The notes under the pieces: generated by a model
What the model saw: the letters and a program-made list of their open reading frames with translations, nothing else
Databases searched by the model: none
Told to the model about the DNA's origin: nothing
Position numbers and translations under genes: made by a program
Assembly (NCBI GenBank): GCA_043228905.1
Contig: JBHGNT010000005.1
Coordinates: forward strand, 11,594,001 to 11,658,000
Direction of reading: 5' to 3'
Origin: Azolla caroliniana
Lineage: Eukaryota > Plantae > Polypodiophyta
Length of the DNA stretch: 64,000 nt
Shown here: piece by piece, positions 23,193 through 35,144 of the stretch
Numbering within the stretch: position 1 is the first letter of the stretch
Layout of the letters: each line of letters opens with the position of its first letter

Positions 23193-24304
23193 CTGAGATG
23201 GGCCTTTTGAGTAGACAAGACGACCGAGAAGGTCGAGGTGCGTGGAACCGAACCAGTCATGGAAAGTAGAACCAGACCGGTCATGGAAAGTAGGACCAAC
23301 AGGTCGAGGAGTGCAAGCAAGGCTGGAGAGAAGGACTAATAGACATTGATGTTAACCGGCCGGCAAGGAAAGTCCAGAATGGAAGAAGGAGATAATTAAT
23401 AACAGGGAGCTGATTATATATGTAATATAGAATTATTATGATTTTGAGAAGGGAACGGACGGACCCGGAATCGGTATGCCGATCCAGATCCGGATCTGGA
23501 CGGGTTTGTAGTCAGTTGCCGGTTGGCACTGGTTTGTACCTAGAGCCGGAGACCTATAAAAGGGCCCGGTTAGATTGTAATCATTGGCGGATAATTAATA
23601 GAGTGTTGGTGTTCTGTATCTTAATCATTGTTAATTACCGTTCTGTGCTAAGTGTAATTTATCCTACGTGTGTATTGAGACTAATGATCTTGCCGCTTAG
23701 TAACCAATTAGGGTTTCATTAATATTCGGTCTAACTTTATCTCACCGCAACACCCCTTTGGTGAAGTGTCTCAAAGGGAGATAGTGTCATGATATGGCAA
23801 GACTCGAACCCATGACCTTATGCTACATGGGTCGAGCTCTTACCATTAGACTATGAATTGTAATTTGTAGGATATTATTTTCATTTATACTTTATCATAG
23901 AAAATTGATGTATATTCCAGATCTCTCTGGAACATTCTAGAAGCTTCAGGATTATTCCTAAAAACACTGTAAAAGGAGGCACAAGGCATTGTTTTGAACC
24001 AAATTGGTTCAATGCCAGTCTTAAGCCTCTTAGCCGCTTGTACTTATCTTTTCACATAATATATTAGCTGCTGTCATCATCTTTCTCTCTCTCTCATCCT
24101 CGCTATCTCTCTCTCTCCTCTTCTCACTTCCTCTCTCGGGAATCTTACGCAGTCCCATCCTCTTAGTACTAATAGTATTGCTCTTCTTAGTACTAATTCC
24201 ATCTCTGCTTTAGTACTATTCCTGACAGTTTGAACCAATTTGGGTTGTTGTTCCTCCAGCCTACTTGTCGTTCTCCCTCATCCTGCTACCCTTTTCCCTA
24301 TACT

Positions 24305-25462
24305 ATGGCTACTGTTAGCGCCCAAGAATATCAATCCGTTTTCTTTGAGTTACAGTGCCTAAAAGAAAAGTTTGTTGCCCTGGAACAAGAAAACCAACGG
24401 TTGATAGGGGATCTGCAACAAATCGCTCTCGAAAAACAACAAACGCAACAACAACATGGGGAGTTAGCGTTACAAGTACAACAACTCGAAGCAGAGTTGC
24501 AACAACAAGGATCAAGTACCCAAGGATTTCATAAAGAGCCCAAGATTGGACTTCCTGTGAAATTTGATGGAACGCGATCGCAATTCGGGGGATTCCTTAA
24601 TCAGGTATGCTTAGTCATCCAGATGCATCCTTCCCGATATCCCACTGATGCATCTCGAGTCGGCATAATAGGCACGTTACTTAGCGGCTCAGCCTTGGCA
24701 TGGTTCGCTCCGCTTCTAGAAAAACAATTGCCCTTGCTTAATAACTTTGAAGATTTTATTGGTGAGTTTAAAGCCTGCTTTGGAGATACCGATAGCATCA
24801 GGACGACGATCAACAAGATTCGAAGATTGCGTCAAGGTGATCGTCTAGCCTCTGCCTACGCGGTGGATTTCCGTCTACTCGCCTCCGATATCCCCTGGGA
24901 TGATCAGGCCCTCATGGAGCAGTTTCGCTACGGCTTGCGCAATGATGTCAAAGAATTGCTTTTAACCTTCCCCAAAGAACCAAAGTCTCTTACGGAGGCA
25001 ATCAGTTGAGCGGTCCGATGCGACAACCGCCTTTTTGAACGGCGTTCGGAACGTCAGTTACAAATACCACGCTCTCGGCCGGAACCCACATACGCCTCAG
25101 TCACGGCTAAACCGTTTGCACGCGATGTACCTCGAGCCAATATTCCGACACCGATGGAGATCGACACCATGCGTCGATGTGGCCCGTTATCGGAAGAAGA
25201 AAAGCAACGACGACGTGCCAATCGATTATGTCTTTATTGCAGTGGACCAGGGCATATCGCCATCAATTGACCCCATAGACCAAGAAGACAGGTAAATCAA
25301 ATCGTCGCCTGTACTAAACCTGAGTCAATTCTTCCCTTCGGAGTGTCTGATAGTATTAATAGTACTAATAGAGTGTCAGATAGTATTCATAGTACTAATA
25401 GCCCAAGTATCTCAAACAAATTTGAAATCCTGAGTCAATTAGATGAAGAGTTAAACGATTGA
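24305..25462 (+). pseudogene. gag: Chromovirus 2 gag with nonsense mutations
   Basis: MATVSAQEYQSVF... closely matches 11903-13072. Premature stops near 25007 and 25268. Confidence 0.92.
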
Positions 25463-26590
25463 GTCCAGCCAAAATAGGAGTCGTTTGGTTGGATAGCAGC
25501 CCTAGATTTGTACAGCCCATTAGTGGTTCCATTCCTTCCAAGCAAGTTAGCAATGTGTTCCTAGCCCAAGTCATTGTTAGTACTAAAAGTACTCCCCTAG
25601 TACCCGTCCTAGCACTCTTAGATTCCGGAGCTAATTCCTGTTTTATGGATCGAAATTTTGTCCCAAGCTTCTCAGATATCCCTAAGGAAACTTCCTTGTC
25701 CCGCATCTGTAGTGGTCATTGATGGTCGTCCCATTGCTTCCGGGAATATTGTAGAAGAATCAGAACCCATTCAAGCAGTCCTAGGTAGTTTTGTGTGTGT
25801 AATATCATTTAATATAATTAGTAGTCCAGGGCATCCCATTGTCCTAGGATTACCTTGGTTTGAATTACATAATCCAACCATAGATTGGAGAACAAGAGAA
25901 GTCCGATATCGACCACCCCAAGAGTCTACTCACCGAGTTTCGACCATTTCACTCCATTAATTACGCGAAGAAGGACACAAGGAGGCAATGTTCCTATTTG
26001 CAATATCAGTACATCCTTCCAGCACTATTAAGGACTCCTCAGTACAAATTTTGGCAAAATATCATCCTTATGCCGATGTATTTGACAAGGTAAAAGCTGG
26101 TACCCTTCCTCATCACCGTCCCTATGACTGTCCCATCGATTTACAACCAGGAACCGAGCCACCATGGGGACCAATTTACAACTTGTCATCCACCGAGCTA
26201 GAAGTCCTTCGAGCCTACATAGAGGAGAACTTGGCAAGTGGGTTCATCCGTCATTCGAAATCTCTGGCCGGTGCACCCATCTTCTTTGTCAAGAAGAAAG
26301 ATGGCTCACTTCGTCTCGTCGTTGATTACCGCAGATTGAATAAGGTCACCATCCGGAATAGGTATGTACTTCCTCTTATATCAAGCCTTTTAGAGCGAGT
26401 TAATGGTGCCAAGTTTTTTACTAAAATCGACCTACGGGGAGCGTATAACCTCATGCGGATCCGACCGGGAGATGAATGGAAGACCGCCTTTCACACGCGG
26501 TATGGGCATTTCGAGTATACTGTTATGCCGTTCGGCCTAACCAATGCACCCGCAGACTTCCAACACATGGCAAATTATATATTCAGAGAC
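25459..26590 (+). pseudogene. pol: Chromovirus 2 pol, 5' part (protease and RT start)
   Basis: LLDSGANS and RT motifs up to ...ANYIFRD, where the TIR begins. Confidence 0.92.
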
Positions 26591-26959
26591 AACACGTTCG
26601 CGTTCACAAGTGGAAGGATTGCGCATTCCACTTGTAGAATCTTCTTAAAACGAAGCAAATACACCCTCTCTACAAAAATTGGATGCACTAGTATCACATG
26701 TTCCTCAACTTGATGAGAATTTGCAAATATAAAAATACATGATAGATCTACAAGTGGAGATCATTAGAAATCATGCAAGTTTAGACATGTTGATAAGTTA
26801 ATGTAGGCATAATAAAGTTCAACTATGGCTCAATATGGCACTATTGTGCGACAAGGGAAACACTAACTTAAAGACTTATATTAATTAGGTAGGTTTTACA
26901 AAAATATGAGGTGTACTTGTATCCATACTAATAAAATGAGATATAATTTATACTTTGAC

Positions 26960-27245
26960 CCATACGTGCATGTATGTAATTGTGGAAAATGTAGGATAGT
27001 GCACATTAGGATAAGTGATTGGAATAACTAACTTATTAAAGTATTCAATACTTGTATTTAAAGTTGATCTAATCTATTCCTCAGTTTGTTCATATGGGAT
27101 CAAACCATATGTGTATATAATTGTGCACAATGTAAGGCAGTGAACTTTAGGATAATGTCGTGGAAATAACAAACCTATTAGGCTTTCATACCTGTATTTA
27201 AAATTGATCTACTCTATTGCTTAGGTGATTCACACAAGATCAAAC
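26960..27245. repeat. Diverged ~140-bp tandem duplication in the left subterminal region
   Basis: Two colinear units sharing TAATTGTG, TTAGGATAA, TGTATTTAAA.TTGATCTA and GATCAAAC. Confidence 0.6.
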
Positions 27246-27385
27246 TCCGAACGATAATGCAACTGGAACCATTATCAACACACTACACACTACACAATCT
27301 AGAATCCACTAGGTAAAACCCAAAATTTGTATTAATAATGTGAAATCTTAACAAATCGTCAGTGTCATATTCTTTATAGAGTCTA

Positions 27386-30300
27386 TTACATAGCAATCAA
27401 TTCATCAACGTCATTTTCTTCATCATCTTGTGTAGAACTGTCTTCGGCTATACGTGCATTGGTTTCCCCTGTTAGCCGAGCCAACGAAATATCTTCTATA
27501 AGCTCATCATCAAGCTCTATTAGCTCCCCCGGTTTGCCGGCTAACGGAGGAATAGGCGCTCGCGAAGCAGGTTGAAACCTTTTTGTATTGGCGAGGTTCT
27601 TTGCACCGACCTCCTCATCCTGGTCTGGGCGCTCCCACAAAGCCTTAATCCGCATATTAATAAATATAACTTGGTCCTCGTCCTTCTCCAATGCAACTGT
27701 ATTTCTAAACAGCTTCAATGCACATGCTGACGTAGTTCCTGTGATGTAAGTAACAAGAAGATTTAGTTGTCAAACGAAAAAAAAGTGATTGGTTATCTCA
27801 AGATCGTTACCCTAGTTCGAGGAATACCTGTGCCAGAAAAGAGATCTAATATCCAGTCTCCTTCGACAGAAAACATCTCGATCAAGCGCATCATAAGTCG
27901 TTGAGGTTTTTGGTATGGGTTGACAAGTCCCCGTTCTATCGTGGTGACATGTCGCAATTTCCGAGTCACTGCTGGATATACCAACAGATTTGAACCTCCC
28001 ACTTCATTAGAATGCTCTTTGATTCTCTGTTTCTTAATTTCATCAAAGTAGCCAACCGTTATGTATTCAATGGCATTAACGAACCGAAAAGTTGGCCCTC
28101 TATTTACATTGGTCTTGATCCTATAAAAAATAATTCATCGAGTTAAGAATAGATTCAACAACCTTAAGAATTGCAATATAGTGAAAGACACCTATAAATA
28201 ATCCTTACCATGCAAGGTTCTCGATGCCATGGCAACGAGATCTCAAAGCTTGAGCTACCGAGTACCCTTGGTCCATACTATGGAAGACAACTATTCGCCA
28301 CAAGGATGCGGTCGTTAGCTCAGCGAAATCCTTGACCATCTTCTCCAATTGTTTAAACCTAAACGGTTCATCGTCGTATGATGACCCAGCCATTCGAAAT
28401 CCGTAAGGAATATCCGCAATCATTAGCGTATATTCCTTCTTTGGCACCTTCTGGATCAAGTCGATGACATCACCGCAAACCACATTGTAGTAAAGATCTC
28501 TCGTAATATCTTTTTTGTGGCTAAATTTTTTAAACGAGCCATCTTCCTCCATTTCGTACGCCTTGACTAAGCGATGATCCTTTTCTTTTCTAGCTCGCTC
28601 GAGATGTGCAAGGAAGGATGTAGGGAAATCGTGTATATCCTTAACTTCTCCTTGTTTCTTGCCTCGACACGGTTTCTAATAGAAGCAATAGGACATCAAG
28701 TATTATTATACAAGCTCTACATATGATGAAAGGGTAATGAAAAAACATGAATACTAACCCAATTCTTGAATGCAATAAAATACTCTGATAACGCCTTATA
28801 CGAAGACGTTAGAGGATAATCCTCGGTCACTTGTTCCCAAGTTATACATCCAAGTTGTTTCATCATAACTTCTTGGATCTTCATGTACACCTTATGACTG
28901 TAAAATTAGAAATCAAGATTAGAACTTTGAATTACACCAGATAGACTACAATTTCAGTATTTGATAGACTTACTTATTGAACTCAGTGACCATTTCTTCA
29001 AGGCTTAAATCTTTCGCCACAACCCTTGACAAAACCGACACAAGAAGTTGCTCGTCCTTAATACCTTGCATCGCTCTCCATAGAGACAGCTTCATGTCAT
29101 CTGCCGCTTCTTCAATTGTCAAGTCAATTTTCTTGGCGGCTTGTGACTTTAACTCTAGTTGAGGGTCAACCCTACATTTCTTTTGTCGTTGACCCTTTAC
29201 CTCCTTATTCTCCCACATTGAGAAGATTTGATCTTGTAGGTCCCATACTTCTCCATCTCTAAACGCCAATTGAAACCAAGACTCATACTTTCGAAGACCA
29301 TCGGACCTAACATTATCATCTACCACAATGCCGACTTCATGCAGACATTGATGTCGAAGGCCTGGATGTAACTTCACACCAAACTTTTGTTTCACATCTA
29401 AATACTCGTGGTGGAAGAACCGTATACGCTCAATAGACGACATTTTCTGCCTATAGTCATTATCATTATTATGGTCCCATGCCAACAACTTAGCCTCTTC
29501 GGTTGTGAGCCCAACATAATTTTTTCACTCGGCATACTTGAAGAAGAAAGTGGTTGGATGTTCTCTCACAAGTTGCCGACGTGCCTCTGCTGAATACGAT
29601 CCACCAATGACAAAATAATTATATTGATCATGCTTTCTAATATCAAAATCTTCAATGGTTTCACATTCTTCAGGATCTACCATAACAATAAAAGGCACCA
29701 CAGTGGCATGAGGATTAAGTTTCAGTTTTTTCTTGAGATTTTGAACATGCATGCGGTGAGGCTCTCTAATCTCAAGTGGTCTTCGACCTGTTTTTTCATC
29801 AATAGGGGGCCGATGGATGTGTGTTATAGGCAAATTAAATACTTGCCCTTTCCTGACCAGCTTCCGTTGCATTCACTCTCTCCTTATTTTATTCTTCTCA
29901 GAAGACAAAACACCCGAGGCCAGCTCGGCTCCTGGCGTCCCCTTATTATCCTCCTCTTCATTTTCACTTGTTGAATCCGTATCCGACATTTTCGTTGTCT
30001 TCTTCTTTGTTGGTCTTGACTGGACTTTGGATACCTTTTTTGTGGCCTTCAATGGGGAGGGCACTTCATCTCTTAGAGTTACATGGCCTTGTATATAAGG
30101 CCTCAAGGTAACAATAAGGTTTTGTGAGTTATCAAGTGCTTTTTTGAACACTTCTGGCCCACAAGATTCCTTTACTAAAAGGTCTTCTGAAAGGAACACT
30201 TTACGTACCCCCTTGGAGCACTCTATCATTACTAGTATGTTGGCCGAATCTGCATCTTCGTAGTCAAATCGTAGAATACGGCCATACATAAATGGGGTTT

Positions 30301-31522
30301 CCTTTCCAAGCTGCCCCTCACCCTTCTTCTTTGTTGTATACAATACGACTTTTTTCTTTGAGTCGACATATTGCATACACCATTCCTTGTCCGTTAGATC
30401 TCGATCAGGAAGGTCTTCGCCTCCAGTAGCGGCGACAAGTTTCTTTTGGCTAACATCACTATGTGGCTGAGATTTTGTCTCTTTGTTAAAGAGAAGCTTT
30501 TTTCCTCTCTTCATGGTCTCAGGAGCTACCTTGGTATGGGCTTCGATTGGAGAACCTTGTATGCGAAGCTTTATTTTCTTCACGGGTCGGTCCGACAGGT
30601 TCTCAAACGACCTATTTAAGAAAGTATATGCAAAAACATAAGTTAGGTAGTCACGTAGATTGAGGTTGTATATTATAATGAAGAACAGTTCCCAGGAGCA
30701 GTAACATATTCAAAAATCTATTATAGGCAGGGCTATTCAACCTAGAAAATATATATCGTAATAAGTAAAACGGGTTATATATTCTTTTAAATAGTAGGTA
30801 TGACTTATATAGATTCCAAACCTATATTGAGGAGAATTTGCTATCGTAAAGGCAATTTGTGGATCATTTTCTACTATTTTAAGCTAAAGTAGGTCATAAA
30901 ACACCTATAATTAGAGCATGTTCTTCTTTAAAAGTAAGGAAAGTCAACATAAAAAAGACTGATTTTGCCAGACAATTTGATATCATTTCCACCCCATAAT
31001 TATTTGTTACCCCCAAAACACGATTTTTCTCTCTCAAAGCCTTCTTATATACAGGGACTCGATACGCCGTATCGAGTTCCTGTTTAAAACCTACACTTTA
31101 AACAGGAACTCGATACAGCGTATCGAGTTCGTGTTTAAAACCTACACTTTAAACAGGAACTCGATACGGTATATCGAGTTCCTGTTTAAAATTCAAACTT
31201 TAAACAGGAACTCGATACGGCGTATTGAGTTCCTGTTTGAAACCTACACTTTAAACACGAACTCGATACGCCGTATCGAGTTTGTGTTTAAAACCTACAC
31301 TATAAATAGGAACTCGATACGGCGTATCGAGTTCCTATTTAAAATTCAAACTTTAAACAGGAACTCGATACGCCGTATCGAGTTCATGTATAAATATTTG
31401 TATTGTATACATGAACTCGATACGACGTATCGAGTTCTTGAGAAACGAAACATATTTACAAAAATGTCCACAGTGTCAGAGGCCTACCTGGAGTCCTCGC
31501 GCTCGATTCTCTTTGAAGACAT
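27386..31522 (-). pseudogene. Six-exon gene for a ParB-like domain plus beta-class N4C/N6A DNA methyltransferase (about 974 codons; two in-frame stops in this copy)
   Basis: Exons 31522-31488, 30611-28974, 28897-28759, 28675-28209, 28120-27828 and 27738-27386 join in frame through GT-AG introns. Motifs in order: YFVIGGSYS, LMIADIPYG, NPYQKP, ILDLFSGTGTTS, VALEKD. TGA at 29873 and 29525. Confidence 0.88.
31051..31437. repeat. Tandem array of eight 51-bp units, each a 43-bp palindrome
   Basis: TTTAAACAGGAACTCGATAC-NNN-GTATCGAGTTCCTGTTTAAA plus an 8-bp linker. GATAC ends at 31065, 31116, 31167, 31218, 31269, 31320, 31371 and 31423. Confidence 0.95.
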
Positions 31523-31562
31523 GGTTGATCGTGTGGAAGTGGAGGCGGAGATCGCGCTTTCA

Positions 31563-31657
31563 TGCTTTGTGCTCTGTGTGCTTTGTGTGCTCTGTGTGCT
31601 TTGTGTGCTCTGTGTGCTCTCTACGTTCTGTGTGCTCTGTACGCTCTGTACGCTCTG
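31563..31657 (-). repeat. 9-bp minisatellite (GTGCTCTGT)n in the predicted 5' UTR of the methyltransferase gene
   Basis: About 10 units between the TATA-like element and the ATG at 31522. Confidence 0.8.
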
Positions 31658-31681
31658 GTGAGTGAAATATGACGAGGTCTT

Positions 31682-31693
31682 CCTATTTATAGG
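31682..31693 (-). promoter_or_regulatory. Putative TATA box of the methyltransferase gene
   Basis: CCTATAAATAGG on the minus strand, about 165 bp upstream of the predicted ATG. Confidence 0.5.
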
Positions 31694-32363
31694 GATTGAA
31701 CACATTGGTTAAAGTAACCATAGTCACCTTAACCAAGGTTGGTAACTTTGAGGATAGTTAGTTGGTAACCATAGTCACATTAACTAGAGTAACTTATGAT
31801 TGTATTAATGATTACAAAGTCAAACTAACATATTGATCAATTTTTTATAGTCATAACAAACTACAATGACTTCAAAGGTTATGAAGGAGACAATGATAGA
31901 GGTTCATGAATGTACCAATGATTGATTACTAAAAGCAACAATTTTTATGACTCTCAAATTTTTTGTATTTAAGATGTGGGCATGAATTAACCAATGATTG
32001 ATAAGTCTAATATTTAAAATGGTGAGCATTAAAGAACCAATGAGTGAGACGTTCTATATCAAAATGGGTGCCATTAATTAGCCAATGATTTTAACATTAA
32101 TCCAACATATTCATGGCTTGTTAATGATTAGTTTTATATTTTACTTGATTTAACTTCATATAGATCTAGTTTATATAATAATTGATAATTTAAGTACAAT
32201 TACTTTATTAAAAATAATTTTTTGATGTATTGTATTAATAGAATATTACATAATATAGACATTCTATTGATTTGGCTTTTGTTTAGAGAGAAGTTTATGT
32301 TTAGAGAGGAGTATATGTTTAGAGAGGAGTATAACTTAGAGAGCCCTATCTAGACCTTAAGCC

Positions 32364-35144
32364 ATGAGTGAAGATTCACCGTTCTCGATTGAAGAATATT
32401 GTTTGTCATCAGACCCATCGTTTTCTACTGAAGAGTATTGTTTGTCAACAGAGTCACCATATTCGATTGAAGAATATTGTCTGTCGACCGACTCACCATA
32501 TTCTATCGAAGAATATTGTCTGAGCTCATCTACAGGGAATGTAAATAATGACACATGTGAAGAGTTCTCTATTGAAGAATACGATATTAATAAAGATACC
32601 GAGAATGAAGGAAGTGCCCAGGAAACATTGAATAACATTGGCGATGGTCACAACAGAGAATTAGACTGTAACAAGGTTACATCAACCTCTATGCAGGAAG
32701 AGAAATCTGGGAGCCCTATGCATATTAGAAGAATCCCACGAAGAATTCGTCTGGCTAGATTTAGCTTGGTGACATCAGATAAACAGATTGGATTTGATGT
32801 CAACAAAATATGTTGTGCCCGTGGTTGTATGTCTATGATTGGAAAATCAAAGTTGCGAGAATTAAGGCGATACTATTTTTCGATGACCGGTGATGAGCAA
32901 GACACTTACCTCGGATCACATATGCCACTAGTATCTGACAAATGTATGGGGATCAAAGTATCATTCGAGTATTATATCTTCCATGCGCAATAGATATGTA
33001 GAGTTGCATTCAAAATTGCGTTATGTGTTAGTAACATGCGGCTACATAGAGTACAACAACGTCTACTTAGCGGGGATCAGATGCTCAATTGTAAAGAGGT
33101 TCCAAGTATGAAAGGTGCAATTGGAAGACTAGCTATTGGCTGGATGAAAACTTACTTTCAGTTAAATTGTGAAGTAATGCCCACTACAGGTAGGATGCAT
33201 CTTTCTGATAATTATACCTGTCGGGAAGTTTATGATGTCTATCGATCTGATATGCTGGGCTCACGTAATAAGTCTATCACCTATAGCCAATTCACAAGAT
33301 TATGGAGAGCTCGGTTTTCAAATGTTATCATTCCTCGTAAAGTACATATGGGGTATTGCTCCATTTGTGCAAATCTTAAAAGTTTGGCTAAAGGTGCAAA
33401 GACATCAATGGAAAAGGATACGAGTAAGAAGTTACTACAAGAGCATCGTGAGGCACAATCCTTAGAACGAAGGAAGGCGATGCATCATAGAGAGAAGTGT
33501 TTGAAGAGGCCTGAACAATACATGTGCTTAATGATAGATGGCATGGACCAGAAGAAGACATGCTTGCCGCATATGCGGAGGCTCCCCAAAGATGTCAATG
33601 ATGAGTGCCTTGTTCAAATGCACTTGGTGGGATGCTTGGCTTATAATAGGTCTGTTCGACCTCACGTCTTCATTACTTACCCCAATGTTCACAATGACCC
33701 TAACCTAACAGTTACAGTGATTCACCGAGTTTTGATGTCTTGGGGACAACCTTTCCCCCCTGTTCTATACATTCAATTGGACAATACTGCTAGAGAGAAC
33801 AAAAATTCAACTGTATTTGGCTATCTAAGTATGTTGGTCAACCTAGAATTGTTTAGGAAAGTGAAAGTCAATTTCCTTTTGGTTGGCCACACACATGACC
33901 ATATAGATCAGATGTTTAGCACATTCTCCAGACAGTTGTCTCGGCATGATGCTTTCACTTTACCTAAACTATTTGATGTCATTTGTGATGCTTATACACC
34001 ACGCCCAAAAGTGTTACACTTGAAGGAGGTATATGACTTTAAGAGATATATATTAGATGGGGGTGGTGGGAATGTTAAAGTGCTTGCTCAGTTAAACAAT
34101 ATAAGTTTCAATCACATTTTTTTGATAAAGAAAAATGGAATAAGTGGTTCTACACTTTTGTATGCTAAACAATATTCATCTTCTACAACATGGGAACTTG
34201 TAGGTGGTTGCCAGTTATTACTTTGTATGCCGAGTACAATTGTCCATGGAGCTAAGCAAATGCCAATTGAGAAGAAAGGACAGTTGCAGAGCGACTTGGT
34301 ATCAGAACAAAAACGGTCATGGCTCCAAGCCTTAGAAGAAAAAAGAAAGCATATTGAGGCCGCCAAGAAATATGCCGCACAACAAGACACGTCATGGTGG
34401 GATGTATTTTATAGTGATCAGAAAGAAATTATAGACAATTGTGTATCTGTTGATAATTGGAATTTGGAAACGCCATTCACATGGTCGCTGCAACATGATC
34501 GCGTAAATAGAAGTCCGGAGCGACTAGTAAATGCGATTAATGACAGCTTGGTCCATCCACAACAAAGAGACATTTATGTGGGACCAAGGATGACCAAAGC
34601 AGCCGAAGCTAGATGGCAAGGAAATTTGCAAGAGCTCACCGCGGGGATGTTGATTGCAACGCCGGCTGATGAGAACTCACATGGCCACCAATTTTGGGTT
34701 GGTAAAATTTTAGAAGTGCTAATGCATGAAATAGAAAACACGATCAAGTCTATAAATGTTCATTGGTACAACACTAGAAGTGCAAATGCTTTTACAGGTA
34801 AGTATACATTGGAGATGATTGAATGCCAAACAAGAAGGGGAGGTAGGAAGAGGAAGCGAAACATTCGTAACACCTCGACCCTTGATATCTCTGATGTGGA
34901 TATCATCGTGTACGACTTCACACTTACAAAAGCCGGACGATTAAGGAAGTCAACAATAGATATAATAAAAGAAAAATTACCAGGTCTACAAGGTGGCTCG
35001 AGTCAAAGGCAAACGAGATCTGCTACATATAATCTAGAGTCAAACCATTTGGTTTATGACGAACATAATGCACTGATTGGTACATCCGAGGATGATGAGG
35101 AGGAATCGTCATTGTATATTAGTTATAGTAGTGATTCTCCGTAA
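32364..35144 (+). pseudogene. Sola-like DDD transposase (about 926 codons, one in-frame TAG at 32991-32993)
   Basis: ORFs 32364-32993 and 33036-35144 share a frame. Motifs CSIC...H, LMIDGMDQ, IQLDNTARENKN and FLLVGHTHDHIDQMFS. Located within the TIRs. Confidence 0.85.

Noticed and set aside
31051-31437. CRISPR-like array
   Set aside because: No unique spacers (8-bp recurrent linkers), no cas genes, and a eukaryotic intron context.
27386-31522. Bacterial contamination or a restriction-modification system
   Set aside because: Spliceosomal introns, a TSD-flanked insertion in a plant retroelement, and no endonuclease partner seen.
31131-31661. 176-aa repetitive ORF on the + strand
   Set aside because: By-product of the 51-bp and 9-bp repeats (both multiples of 3), antisense to the MTase gene.
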